Positions 1-13,400 of a stretch of DNA of 64,000 bases are shown here, piece after piece. A model generated the notes under the pieces. The model was not told the origin of the DNA. It saw only the letters and a program-made list of their open reading frames with translations, and searched no databases. Positions within the stretch are counted from its first letter, which is position 1, and the number at the start of each line of letters is the position of its first letter. Location: contig RBZT01000656.1 in NCBI GenBank assembly GCA_003693705.1, positions 62,001 to 126,000 on the forward strand, in the 5' to 3' direction. Origin of the DNA: Polymyxa betae A26-41. Taxonomy: Eukaryota; Protista; Endomyxa: Phytomyxea. A program made the position numbers and the translations under genes.

Positions 1-128
1 GCAAATGTCCGATGAGGCCATCCGATGACCGGAAGTGACCTTGGCGCTGGCTTCTAGGGTTTTTAGACTCTAGGCTCGCAAGAATTCCCGCCCTTGTGGG
101 ATCAGACTTTCTCTCTGGTATTATTAAT

Positions 129-1816
129 ATGACTGAATCCCAATCCGAAGACGTTCCCCAGGAAGTCCAGATCATGGTTACGAAAGACGAGTCGGAGTCG
201 GCGAGATCGCGATTCTGGCGCGTCCTCTGTCTGTTGTTCTTCTTGGGGACGCTGTTCCAGAGTTTCAAGCCGTCTACCCCGTTCATGTCGCCATATCTTA
301 AGTTTCGACATGGAATGACCGGCACCGATATCTCTAATCAGTACTACCCATATCGAACCTTCTCAATGTTTTTCCTGATGGTCCCGATCACGGTCTTGGC
401 CGAATTCTACGTCGGCTATATGCCAGTTCTATTCGCTGGCATCCTGGCCCGTGTTTCTGAACAGTTCCTGCTCTACTACTGTCCGGCCCAAAATTTCCAC
501 TTGATTCGGTTTTCGCAAGTGCTGCATGGGATGGCGTCGTGTACCAAGACCGTCCATGGGTCAGTGTTGAGCGCTCCCGTGCTGGGCCGCTTTGTCGCCT
601 AACTTTCGCGTTCAGGGCGATTCTCTATTTGATCGCTCCCCATGAGTTCTTTCCTGTGATGACGGGTCTGCTTCGGACCTCGAACTTAACCGGACAGGTT
701 TTTGAAGGGATTACTAGCAACATTATCTACGAGTACTGGAATGACCCAGAAAAGGAATTCTTTATTCTATTCACCATCACTCAGGTACTGAACCTGATTT
801 TCTTTTTCTTTTAGCTTAGTCAATCGATATTCGCAGATCATGGTCACCGCCGGTGGTATTTTCATGATTATTCTGTTCGCTATTCTTTATTATGACAGAA
901 AATGCTCGACCAATAAAGATTCGAGCCGACCGCTGGCACCACGAATCACTTCATTGGGAATGCTGCGTGATCTGCTACGAAAAGTTTACTGGGAAACACC
1001 TGGCGTCCTGCTCTGGTCGTTTTGGTACGAATCGCTTCCGAATTCGTTGGTCGTGTTATATTGAAATCGATTGCCAGGTGGTGGACTGCTTACTCGGTCG
1101 GGGAATTAGTTGACGAGATGCATACGGCCTTAATCGAGGACCGTTTAAAAAAAGGCGCCAAGAACGGGTTTCTTTCTGCTACTATTGGCGCTACTTCAGC
1201 GCTCTGTGCCTTTCTCACTGGTAGATCCGAGAATGTCGTGAAGAAATATTCCACCTCGATTGTCATTGGATGTACGAGGCTTCTTATCCTGATTTCCTTG
1301 TAGACTAAATCTGATTTTCTAGGTTTGGCCTTAAGCGGCACGCTGCTGTTAACCGTCTCACATCTTGATAAGGGCCACGATTACTTTTTCTATGCCTGTA
1401 TCGTGACAACTTTGTTCCTCTCGGAAGGGTAAGCGCGATTCGCTCGTCGGAAGGTTCTTCATTGCGAATTAATGATCTTATTTAGTTCGGCTGTGGCCGC
1501 TAATTCGACCATTTCTGTTGCCTTGCCAAAATCGCTACGAGGCCTGACGTTATTCTTTAACACTTTCTTGCAACTGATGTTCCAGTCCGCTGTCCAGGCT
1601 ATTCCACAGGCGTGCGACTGGTCGGTGTCGACAAAGTTCAAGATTCTGGGTGTCATTCTTTACCTCGTCTGTTTTGTGATTTTCTTCGGAACTCAAAAAA
1701 CCATTCTTGGTCGGAGTCAGGCGAAATCCGCCCCGGATGAAATCTCTGTTGGGGCCAGGTGTCCTCCAGCTAAATGCTTAGAGGGCAACGACGCTGCCCC
1801 AGTTTATGGTGCATAA
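129..1816 (+). CDS. Reduced folate/thiamine carrier (SLC19 family), multi-exon
   Basis: FKPSTPFMSPYL...ISNQYYPYRTFS...PITVLAEFYVGYMPVL matches the SLC19 N-terminal signature (RPSEPFLTPYL...YPVWTYS). Several hydrophobic ORF pieces are joined by ~50-nt GT-AG introns. Confidence 0.8.
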
Positions 1817-1979
1817 ATCCGCCATCTAGTATATCATTAAGTTAGCTCAGACTCATTATTTATAAACAACCGGGTTGGATGGACCCTGGCTAAATGGCTT
1901 TGCCCGAACCGAGATGTTTTGGGATTTGGACCAAAGTACGGAGTTGCGCGTTAGCAGCAACGTCGTCGGTCTGGGAGCG

Positions 1980-4296
1980 ATGTCGGTCGGGTCTCGGTTC
2001 GACCCGACGACGTCGTCGTTCGTCTCGAAGCTGTACTGGCCCACGGGACCGGGTGTGACGACGGCCATCGGCGGCCAGGATGGTCTGCTGATTGGCTGGA
2101 ATGACTGTAACTTTGTGGCCAATGTCGTTGCTATAGTTCCAGGATCTGATCTCAGCTCATTAGAACTCGGTACAAATCAACACCAATAAACACGTTTCTC
2201 GTTGTTTTTCGCTTTTTCACTCTGTTTTCCGCCCCCGAATTAATTTTTGTTATGCAGCGCTTCTGAAGCTTTCTTCGAATGCGTCCCTGTCGAAGCTTTG
2301 GGAGCATTGCTCGGGTGCGCCTATCGTGATCGGGAATTGCAGCCGGTCTCCTTCCAGCGCCTCGTTATCGCCACAGCTGGAAGAGCGACGCCGCACTGCC
2401 GATTTCTGGATCACGGTGGAGGTGTGCGACGGTCGTCCCATCCTGAGCAGAGTGTTCTGCTGCGGGTTCCTCTATAGGACCGCTACCCAGATCTTACTGT
2501 ACGACCCGCCTCAGGACCGTTGCTCCTATCTATGCGATGCACCATTCACCTTCGACTGGACGTCAGTGTTCGCGCCGCTCCCTGATGACGACGTCAACGT
2601 CACCGACCTGCAGCTTGTCCTGCGCCAGATCAGCTCAGCCGGTGAGGTCCAGGAGGAGCTCGTCTCCGCCCTCGAGCACGTTGCTGCCGAGACCATCAGT
2701 GATTGCCCGGCTGCTGCCACCGACGGCCTACGCCGGCGCCTGCAGACACGCCCAACTTCTGCCGAACCGTCCTCGGATTCGATGTCTCGTCCCCGCGCCG
2801 GCTTCATGTTCCGTGGCTTTGTGAAGTTCACACATCTGCTGTTGCTACTATGGCGGATCGGCTGCCATCTGGCGTTGGTGTTCGCCAACTTTCCGCTGCC
2901 CATGCTCATGGGCGGTCGCCGTATCAAAGATCGATCAGCAGTGTTCCGCCAGGTCGATCGACGGATCGTCGAGCTGACCCAATGGCCCGAAATGTAATGT
3001 TACGCAACCGTATCATCGTCCATTAGCTGAAGCCTTCTGCAGGTGGGTACGAATGCGATCACCGGAATGGCACCCGAAGGCGTATGTAAACGCCAGCATT
3101 ATCGCGTTTCTGAGCTCTATCTGCCAGTTTCTGGTCGATATCTTGACCGGCATCGTGGTCGGCTGTCTGCTACGAGCGCATTCTCAGTCTGTCTTGGACA
3201 CAATCCATAACGCCGGCCAGATCCTTCATGTCGATGTTCTTCGCCGCCAAGTCATCTGGCTCATGGGTATCACTCGGCGCCCGTCGTCTATCCTTGACCC
3301 GTCTCATGCGTTGCAGGCCTGCCAGCTGGAATGAAGCTGAATTTTGCACTGGACCAGTCTCTGGGCTCCATGGTGTTGTACGGCATCGATTTCTGGAACG
3401 CGATCACCACAGTCCTGACTCCGCTCGAATCACATATCATTACCGCGATCTCGCTGATCGCCGGATTTGGCTTATCGATTGCGGTAAAGCTGACTGTTGA
3501 TTCCCGAGACGACGTCTGTGCTCATTGTATCAGGTCGCATGTGCTATTGATCTGCTGTCAATGATGACGACCCATGTCCTCTTCGTTCATACGGCATTCT
3601 CACGTTTGTATTCACTGTCACTGTCAGCGCTATCGGCTCTGTCCAAGCTGTTCAGCGGCAAGAAGCATAATATTCTCCAGCGTCGTATCGATTCATGCCA
3701 TTTCGATGTTGATCAGCTTTTACTCGGTACGATCCTGTTCACGTTGATTTTTTTCCTGTTCCCTACAGTTGCTATATACTATCTGTAAGATTGCTTCAAG
3801 TCCTGTCATGACATACCTTAATCTCGATAGGTTTTTCGCGATTGTTCGGTTTCTGATCATGTTAGTTGAGGCGGGTCTACATCTGTCAATGGCTGCATTG
3901 AATAATTTCCCATTCTTTGAATTAGCCATTTTTCTGTTTGATCGAAGGTATGGATGTTCCTTTGTGTTGATACAACGTATTAACGAGCTGCTTTACAGAA
4001 GGCTGCCATCAGGAATTCGACTTGAAGTCCTTCAATCAGTGAATCAGTCCTCAGTTTACTTAATGGTTCATAGCTGCTGTGTAGAATTAGGCACTGTGTT
4101 CCGTCAATGCCTCTGTAATATTCAATCAGTCTTGAATCGATATTCTCTAACGGAAAGTCTACGATGTCTGCTTTACGGTTTACCAATACCACCATCGCGG
4201 TTGGATCTTTCTGATGAAGACATTGTCATGGATTTCAGTCCTGGTATCACTGGGTTCTGGTCTGTTTCGTTCAAGTTATTTCTCTCCAGATTCTAA
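1980..4296 (+). CDS. PIGQ: GPI-GlcNAc transferase subunit Q (PIG-Q/Gpi1), multi-exon
   Basis: N-terminal KLYWP...GLLIGWN. Gpi1 domain motifs KLNFALDQSLG and LFSGKKHNILQRRIDSCHFDVDQLLLGTILFTLIFFLFPT. Confidence 0.9.
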
Positions 4297-4457
4297 AGTT
4301 TCTCCAGGTTTTTCCTGAAGACGCATCTAGATGCTCATTGATATGTCATCTACGCTACTGTGTATAAACATTGTTTAAATTATGACAAAAGTCGTTCATC
4401 TTTGTTCTCCTGTCAGAGATCATGCCTCTGTCCAAGTTAAAAAAGTTCGCGACAAAC

Positions 4458-7400
4458 CTAACAAATCGTACCTTTTTTTCTAATTTTAAAAACGTCAGCT
4501 ATCCCTATCGCTTGCTGATGCTCATATAATGTCAAAGCATTATGCGGCAGTGGAAAAATCCATTTCTCACGCTGAACAATGTCAAGTAAAGCCTTCATAA
4601 TAGGTGAATGTTTCAACGTCGAGACAGATCCAATTAGAATCAACTTCTGTTTCGCTCTGGATACGGCGACATTTACACGGCGCCAATCCTACATGGGAGA
4701 AATGAATTGAAGTACTCAACAGAGTATTTGACTGCAAACCTGAAGTAACTCGCCCACACGGCCTTGGTCGTTACTGCGAACAAACGACATGATAATGCAG
4801 TTCTTATCTCGCCCTTGAAACTTATCGACTGACTCTATCTCCAACTGATTTGTCACTGCAGAAGCGAGCAAATGCCGAATTAACCGAATTTGCGATCTGT
4901 CTCGAAAGCTTGAAAAACAAAATAAGATTGATGGTATTTGAATTAATACCTGTAAGGAATGACGATTCCAATCTCACGTGGATTCATTCCAGCTTCGATG
5001 AAAGCGCAAACAAGATCGAATACAAGTTTGGCTTCAACATGGTTCTGCTCACCTCGAAGGGTGTCTAAGGCGGCAATGGGATCTGTATTAAGGAAGACAA
5101 CTGCTGGATCTGGATTTAACCCTAACTATAAAGCAGTAATCAAAAAAATAAAAAAGGGCTTTATCAAGAATGCTCTGCGTACCCTAATCCAATCCAATTC
5201 TGGATGTTTCTCGTGCTCTTTCTTCAACTTTGGATAGCGGCTACAGTTGAAACGTGCAAGCCGATTTTCAGCAACAGATATCGACCCACATTGCAAAGCA
5301 CTGCTGTAAATTAACTCATTACATAGAAGCAGGATTGGAGCGTTCATTCGATATTGATATGAAAGTTGACAGACCTGTGTAACGTCCTCAACACAGACAC
5401 ACACGAAACTAGCATAATATACCGCATGAGGATGAGCTTCAGATAAGCGTAAAAACAAGCTGACATCCATGCCAGATCGTTTAGCAATGGGATCTTTGAT
5501 TAGCGGAGGCAACTGGTAGTGATCCCCCACCAAGACAAATCGATCCCCCATCTGTAATGGCATCAACATAACAGACTGAGTTGCCTGCGAACCTGATTCA
5601 AACTGAGCGCAACGAAACCGAGTCATTTCAAACCTACTTTCATCAGCGATGACAACATCGAATCGCTTTCCTCCCAACATGGAGGAGGTTACACCAAGGC
5701 AGGTTGAACCGACGATTTGCTCCTGCTGGCAAAATTCTTTAGCAGCTTGAAGACTTGGAAATCTCCGCTAAAAAGAATTACAATACTGAATCAAGTTTCG
5801 GCTACCATATTACTTCGGTAAATAAGTATCTCCTGAGACGGTGTGGAATCTTATCGCTAGATGAACCCCATCTTGTGAATGCAACGCCAACGTCATCCAG
5901 TTTCTCCAGAATGTTATCCAAAGATGTGTTCGTGTGACAGACAATCAGGACAGACAGACCCAGACTTGCCAGCAGACGTATCAAAAAAACTATCAATGTC
6001 GATTTGCCTGTTCCAGGCATCCCTATTCCACATGCAATGAACAATAATTTCGAGACCCTGAAGACAACTTCACCTAGGATAAGAGTGTAATCCCTGGAAG
6101 CCATGATTCTGCAGATTGCATATCGTTGGTCGTCATTGAGATTGTTAAACACTTCCAATAAATTCCGGTTCATTTGCGAGGGATCCCAATCAACATCGAA
6201 CTCTGGCGATTTCTATAGACCTCAATTAAGTTCAGTCATTCACTGAACTTAAAATCTCCAAACCAGTTCAATAATCAGGCGTCGCATTCTTTGAATCTTC
6301 TGGTCTTCGTCGAAAAGCGACACTAAAGCTCCACGTAGCTTACCAGGTGCACTCATGAACTCATCTTTATCCAGCCGAAACAATGACGATTCGTACCGGG
6401 TTGTAATCGGTTTTGCAAAAATACAAACCGAAATAGAATGGGTATGGATTTCAGAGACAAAACCGATAGCAATCGCTACCTTAATCAATATCAACACAGG
6501 CCAGTGAATGAGAGCACGACCTACTTGGCCAGATTCGGTGCTAATCACAACCTTGTCGCCTTTTTCAAATGATAAATCTGTGAAGAATACGTCGCTTATA
6601 TGCGATTCGAATCGATAAATGTAGCGATCGTCGATTATCTGGACAGCAACACATCTGAGCAGGAAAAATGAAAAACCAATCCGTTAAAACCTTTTTGTCT
6701 TTAATAGCAACGTTGCCAATACAACGCCCATGAGTCTGCCTCACTTCCGATGTTTGAGTCCAGATTCCCTTCTGTAATTGCCTTGGCTCTCGAGCCTCCA
6801 GATCAATCATCCGATTCCAGAAATCGAAAAATGGAAATGCTTCTTCAGGAACGTGATTCTGAGGAAGCTTAGAATTATTGAAGAACAATCATCGACGAAA
6901 CATACAAGTTTGTCATCGATAGGCGAGTAGGAATCTTCGCCAAATGAATTCAGCTCATAGACTTTCCTGTACAAAGAACAAGCATTAGCCTGTTAGAAAA
7001 TTAGCACATCAGATTTTAAGGGACAAACGAATATCAACAAACCTGATAACATTTCAGACATTGGCGTTCATCTTCTGTCATTGCGGGGAGTGAGCCCGTA
7101 CGCCCGTGCATTTCACTGTTGGTTAAATATGCAGCTATGATGTTCCGCTTGATAAGTAATGCACGTAACTCATGTCGACCATTATTGACTCCTGTTCGAT
7201 CGGATTCAATTCGAAAGCAATTTTCAAAATTTCACTATTACCATGCATGGCGACAGATTGTGGTGTGATGTACATCAGCAGTCCTTGGCCCGATGCCGTT
7301 TCATTGCCATAGCGTGTATTTGTAAGCAATGTATATAATGCTAACTGAGCATTGTCTGTAATATACGGCTTCCCAGTTTTCAGTTCTAGTGGCAGTATCG

Positions 7401-8433
7401 AACTATCATTGGGAGCATTGGCATTCTTGATCGATCGATTCACTCGCAACGTAGCATCTATCTTTCCCTGCAAACCTATCAAATCTTCAAAATGCAATTG
7501 GAAAAAAGCAAGAGAAGATGTACCGAATTTCGGCGCCCAAATCATGTCCTCAATGTCAATAATGTCAGTTACGTGTGTCAAGTATGATTGACCAGAGAAC
7601 ATGACGCTGTTTGACGCCTTGGGCTCAATGTAAGAATCGGCCCAAGATTGTAGTTGAGGCGTTAACGATGTCAGGTATTCGACAAAATCGGCTTCACTTT
7701 CCTGGAAAGACAGCCTAGTATCCCATATAAATTAGAATAACAAAATGTTGCCAGTGTTACAAGGCATGATATGATTTTTGCACAATGCGCTTGGCATTTT
7801 CAGCAATGAATTTGACCCCAAAATTAGAAGCTTTTAAACAGCGCTGGAAGAGTTCATGTGCCAGTATACCCTTCTGAGCATACACTGATACAGATCCATA
7901 CTAATGAGCTTCAACTTGGGGAGGAATAATAATTACGAGTGAGATTTACATTAGCCTTTTCACTCAGAACCGCTCGCCGCATGCAAGTCACGCTGGATCC
8001 AACTCGAGTTCCAGTTATTAACCGGTCTGGGTGGACGATCAGCATGTTAGCGTTGTTGTCGACAGCAAAATTGCCATCAGACTCGGCCTGGGTATTTATC
8101 ATTTTAAAAGATAAACAAGAACAACGGGTCGGCAACCTTTCCAATAATATTAACATAATCGCCAACGTTAATTAAACATTCAGTCCAGTCCTCACGAACG
8201 AAGCATAAGCATTCAGTGTTTCGATCCCCATTAAACAATCTTAGAACCTAAAGGCAAGCATTTGTATGCGAAATGTCAAGGCACTGGTCTCTGGTTACTA
8301 GGTCGAATTCCTGTGGATATATCTCCAAAACCAGGAACCGATACGTGTCGTTGGCAGGATGACGCTCCGGATCGTTTAGCACCTGCAACAGAGCCTGCTC
8401 GAATCCTTCGTCGTCATCTGATATATAGACCAT
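4458..8433 (-). CDS. DNA2: DNA2 helicase/nuclease, multi-exon
   Basis: Nuclease motifs [39 protein letters not shown] and [10 protein letters not shown]1 helicase motifs [19 protein letters not shown] and QYRMN. The 3' end may lie at ~4420 if a final intron is used. Confidence 0.95.
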
Positions 8434-8959
8434 TATAAGCAGAATGAAGGTCCCCGCATCTCTAACCTATCTCATGACACTATCAATCATCTTGAAAAGT
8501 TTTCATACATGACTGTCTTTGGCATTGCAATGTTACACACAATAGGTCGGCAACAGTTGGTGATTAATAGTGGGTTGCTGTGGACATGAGACGATTGGAC
8601 CGTGAAGCCATTCATATTTCGGGGGGTCTGCAGCCAGCTGATGACAATAGATACGGTCCAGTCGAATAGCGAAAGCTTCCCTGTGCATCATGAGATTGTC
8701 TATTTTCATAAACAAGTCTATCACGACGATTGAGCCAAACAGAACAAAAATTCCATTATAATTGCAAAGCTGGAGTTGCGGTCGCAAAATCGCGCTCGTG
8801 GACAAATGGTTCACGGTTTGTTAAGTCACATCAAAATGGGTCATTGCTGGCAAGTTAATAACATAGAGTCGCGAGAATGTGAAAATCTTCAATCTAGAAG
8901 GGATTCGGAGAGGTTTTGCGTCGGAGGTCGGGGATCAAACGAGTGTTATTGCTATCAAG

Positions 8960-10057
8960 ATGACCTCGACTGTCGCTTTACATCCGCTAGTCCTATTGTC
9001 AATCGGCGACCACAGCGCCAGATCCAAAGCGCAGAACACACCCGAGCGTCGTGCAGGGGTTTTGTTTGGCATCCAGGTCGGGCGGGATGTCGAAATCGTC
9101 GACACGAGCCCGATGAATTTCGAAGACATGGCCGCGACTGAGATGGAGGTTGATCATGACGATTTACAGAGCTGTATTCAGCTTCGTAAGTTTCAGTTTC
9201 TGCATATTTAAGTGTTTAAGATCCGATCTTTTTCTAGATAAGGCTGTTTATTCGAATCATGAAGTTCTGGGGTAATTCATTTTTCTAAATTCCGAACCTG
9301 GTGTTAATGGTTTGCCAAAAAGATGGTATGCTTATGGAGATACGGCCAGCTTGCCAGAATTTAGTCGCAAAATTCAGCAAGAAATGGAGCAATATAACGA
9401 ATCCCCACTGTTTCTGTACTTTACAATCAGTAAAGTGCACTCTAACAGTCTGCCGGTCGCCATCTATACCTTCAGTCAACAAGATAAGAAATATGGCTTT
9501 ACGGCGGTCCCTTTTTCGATTTCTACTGAAGAGGTAACCTGGCCACAATAGCCACGACAACATTTTTTCACGTCATTCAGGCGGAAACCCTCACTGTCGA
9601 TTATTTATCGAACCAGCTTGTTACAGGAGGTGCAAATCCTCGTGAGTCGTCAAGAAGCACATTTTTCATTGCTTAGTGTTAACATAGTCGCACTTCATTT
9701 TCGGTCGCTGTCAAAAGCAGTGGCCATTATGGCGAGTCGTATTCGTCTTCTTCTTCAATATTTACAATCTGAGGATTCTGACGATCCAGAAATTCTTCGT
9801 TCGGTTAAGAATGTCTGCGATTCGCTTCCCTTGGCAGATTTATCATCCTTGTTTCAATCCGCATTCATCGGCGAATTCAGTGATTCCTTGCTAATTGCGG
9901 AGTGTGCCTCCATCACAAGAACCACAGAATCCGTCCAGGTAGCCTCAACAGCTATGTGCAAAACGCGTAACTGATATGATCCCAGCGATTTTTAGCGAAA
10001 TGTCGTATCGCCTACGATGATGGCTATGAGCAGCGTAAACGTCGAGCTTTTATATAA
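8960..10057 (+). CDS. CSN6: COP9 signalosome subunit 6 (MPN- domain)
   Basis: VALHPLVLLSIGDH...GVLFGIQVGRDVEI, NESPLFL, and a C-terminal SRIRLLLQYL...EILRSV...LP helical region typical of CSN6. Confidence 0.85.
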
Positions 10058-10458
10058 ATTAACCTATGCTTTCATATACGTTCAGCAAAGGGATTTAAGA
10101 ATGCATGCGTGTTACGTTTACATTGCAAATTAATGTACACAGCAGATTAACACATCTGCGAAACCTGGCCTGCTTCTCCAACAGTATAGGCCAGTACCTA
10201 TTTACAACGCCGCTGTTGGATTACCTGACAAAGTGGTGGTTGAGAGTCGAAAGTCGAAATCGATGTTGTCTCTGCCAATATGTTATGCGTCTGGGACTTT
10301 GTGGTAAGGTTAGCGACTGCATTTAAAAAATGCACTGAGATGTGAAAAATGTGGGGTTCCTCTAGCTGAGCAGGTCGGCTGCGATTACGAAAGAAGGAAC
10401 TGCGTAGTGGAACATCCATCATATGGGGACAGAGCCTCATTGAATTCTCTCATAGTCA

Positions 10459-13400
10459 ATGTCTGCCGACCTCGACACAGCTCAGCTTCGAGCTGCTGTT
10501 CAGGACACATGGAATGGACAGTATACTGTTGATTATCTAAACCATGTCCTGGTTAAATTCCAGGACGCGCTTGTCGACCCGCTACGTCAACCGGTTGGCT
10601 TCGGTGTTATTCGGAAACTACAACTTGCTAATCAGAAGATCGTCAGGCACCAGATGCAGCTAGTCGTCAACAGATTCAATCTATGAGCGTCAAGCTTCCT
10701 GGAGAAGTCCAGGAAATTACTCTGCAGAATGACGTGGTTGCATGGGTTAGGATCTGGTTTAAATTTTCAGTAAAATCGCCAATCAGTCTGACGTTTGGTA
10801 GATTCTGGATTTCACCGACGCTGTTGAGGTGAACGAGATTGAGATTCTGAGACTTCTTCTGCAAGCGTTCCGGATGGTATTCAGCTATCATGAATTTGCT
10901 GTGCACGATTGTTCCTCAAACGATAACTTAGAATATGGATGATCGAAGGCGCTGTGAAAGCGAAAGAGAGACCGCAATATCTTTATATTTTAGCCAGCGA
11001 CAAGATCTTCTGATCGCTTTGCTTGATATTGTCCAGATGGTGGAAAGAGATCATGAGTTCAGTCAAGAGCTCATTCGAATCACGCAATCATTCGTTGAAC
11101 GTCTTAAAGAACGTGGTCTCGTACCGAACATAATCAATCGTCTGAGGGTTTGTTTTAAATCAAAATGATTAGTTGTTTGTGGTTCATTTCCTCCAGGCAC
11201 TCTCTAAACTGAAACTGTCACTGTACACGCCGCATATTGACAACGAAATCCGATTGCTATCCCTAACCCTGTTTTATCTTGGGACCAGTTTGGGATTAGA
11301 TTCGAAGGCCTCAGCCGAGGTCACTTTTCCAAACACGGTTGCTTTGAGTGCTCTAACGGGTAATGAGGCTCGGTTTCCACCTCGGATCGTTCTAAAGTGA
11401 TGCTGCTCAGAGGAAATGTCTAACGCGATTCCCTCTGTTCGATTGCATCAAGATCATCAACAGGAAGTTTTGGCGCATTGCCACTCAATCACAACGGTCG
11501 GTGTCCTTGCGACAACAGAAATCAATAAGCTCATTTTATATATCCAGTCAATTTATATTATGTTTACAACCCTGACTAACGCAATGCTCGAATCGGGCGT
11601 CACTTCGCTTCCCGCTTGGACCAACCCAAATCTGCATTCGCCCTTGGCGAATTCCCATAGAACGTTGATCACGCTTCTCAATTACGATCAGCAACTCGCT
11701 GAACAAGTTTGTAATTCAGGTTGTCTATTTGTTATCTTACAATGTTTTACGGTAACGATTTATCTCAGAGGAGTCCCAGCATTTGGTATTCCAAGGGTTT
11801 GCTGGCTTCGGTGCTTTCGTACAGCAGCTTCCTTCTTTGAATGAAGTTACTCGCGTGGACATATGCTCGATATTGAGCAAGTTCGTGATACATTTTTTCC
11901 GGCGCCATCTTTCGTCCATCCGGACTTGGAAAGATTCAAAAGGGACTTTTTCCTTACTGGGATTCCTCGTTGCAGATATCTGCAAGACGTCACCGGCTCA
12001 AGTTTCCTCATTCTGTCAGCCGTGCTTTAATCATTCTCGATTCATCTAAGTTTGTCTCAGGGCACTGCCAGAATCTCTCTACCCTATTGCATAGTCTCGA
12101 TCAAGAGACTCCCCCTGACAATCCAGGATTCTCTGCATATGTTGATTTGATCGTGGCATTATCTGATGGGCAGCATTGTATTCGCTCGGTACAATTTATC
12201 GGCAGTGCAAAAAACACCAACTGGCACCGGGTCTTCGATCTATTTCATAGGGCAGTGGCTCCTGCTCTCAAACACGATCAAACCCAGACCCTGCTTCCCT
12301 TAGACGTTAGGATTCTTTGCGATCTTGCCTGTTTAGTCCAGGTCATGGCTCGGTGCGGTTCGACCATCAGTTCTATGTAATGGTTTTTATCTATGATTAT
12401 ATTTGGGCTTAATGTCCTATAGCTCGTTTCAGCAATTTCAAGTTTTAGAAACATTGTTTCAAATGTTGGCATGTGCTTTCCCAGTCAGACTGAAGGCTGA
12501 ATTGTTCAATACACTTAACTGCTGGGTTCAAGGTCGTCCAGCTGAAGCTGGGCAAGTCTGGGACAGATTGGAGGGAATGCAGGTTAGCTCAAGCTGTCCG
12601 TTAATTCCCATTGCTTTACTGAATGGAATCAGGTTTTCCCCACACTCCCAGAATCGTCGAATCTCCAATCTTGTGGGCTGTTACATGATCTTGAAGAGGT
12701 AATTATGGGCGAACTGCACTGACGCTCGGGTTGACTTCAGTACAGATTGAAGCTCGAGATGGATCTTTTCCCTTGACAAGGTCCTTCATCTCATTATTGG
12801 AAACCTTGATAAGAGCAACCCCAAGGGTTGTTCTCGAGAAGATCGGCGCTCCCCTTCGCGCTCCTGGAATTTCTCCCTATCTGAACTTTGTCCGAACATA
12901 CGTTTTCTCAAAGATCAATGGCAGAACTTATTCTGGTTCTCACCGCAATTGCCTTCTGGAGTTTATCTGATTTTCAGTATCAGATGTTTCGGAGAAGTGG
13001 AAAGTTGCCACTACCGCATTGCGCTTGCTGATCCTGCTAACATCACCTGAAGACCCTGATCCAACCGGCATTGAGATTCTAGAGTCATTCGTTCGAAGCG
13101 GAAGTTGCGAGGTTCGTGCAATCATCGAACTGATTTTAACCAATCCCGACCCTGGTACATTGGAAGCTAGCCTGGATCTGATCCGTATTGTTTTGTATCA
13201 TGAGCCGTTTCTGGTGGACCACATTAGTCGTGCTAGTCAAGAATGTCTCCCTCTGTCTATCGTGCTACTTCGTCAACCTCAAACTGTTGCTGTTTTATGC
13301 CAGCTCGTTGGCAGCTCGTTTTCACTTTCCATCCAAGCTCACGCCGTAGAGATTGTATCCTATCTGGTTCGGCGTGATTCGACTTTGATTGTTCGGATGC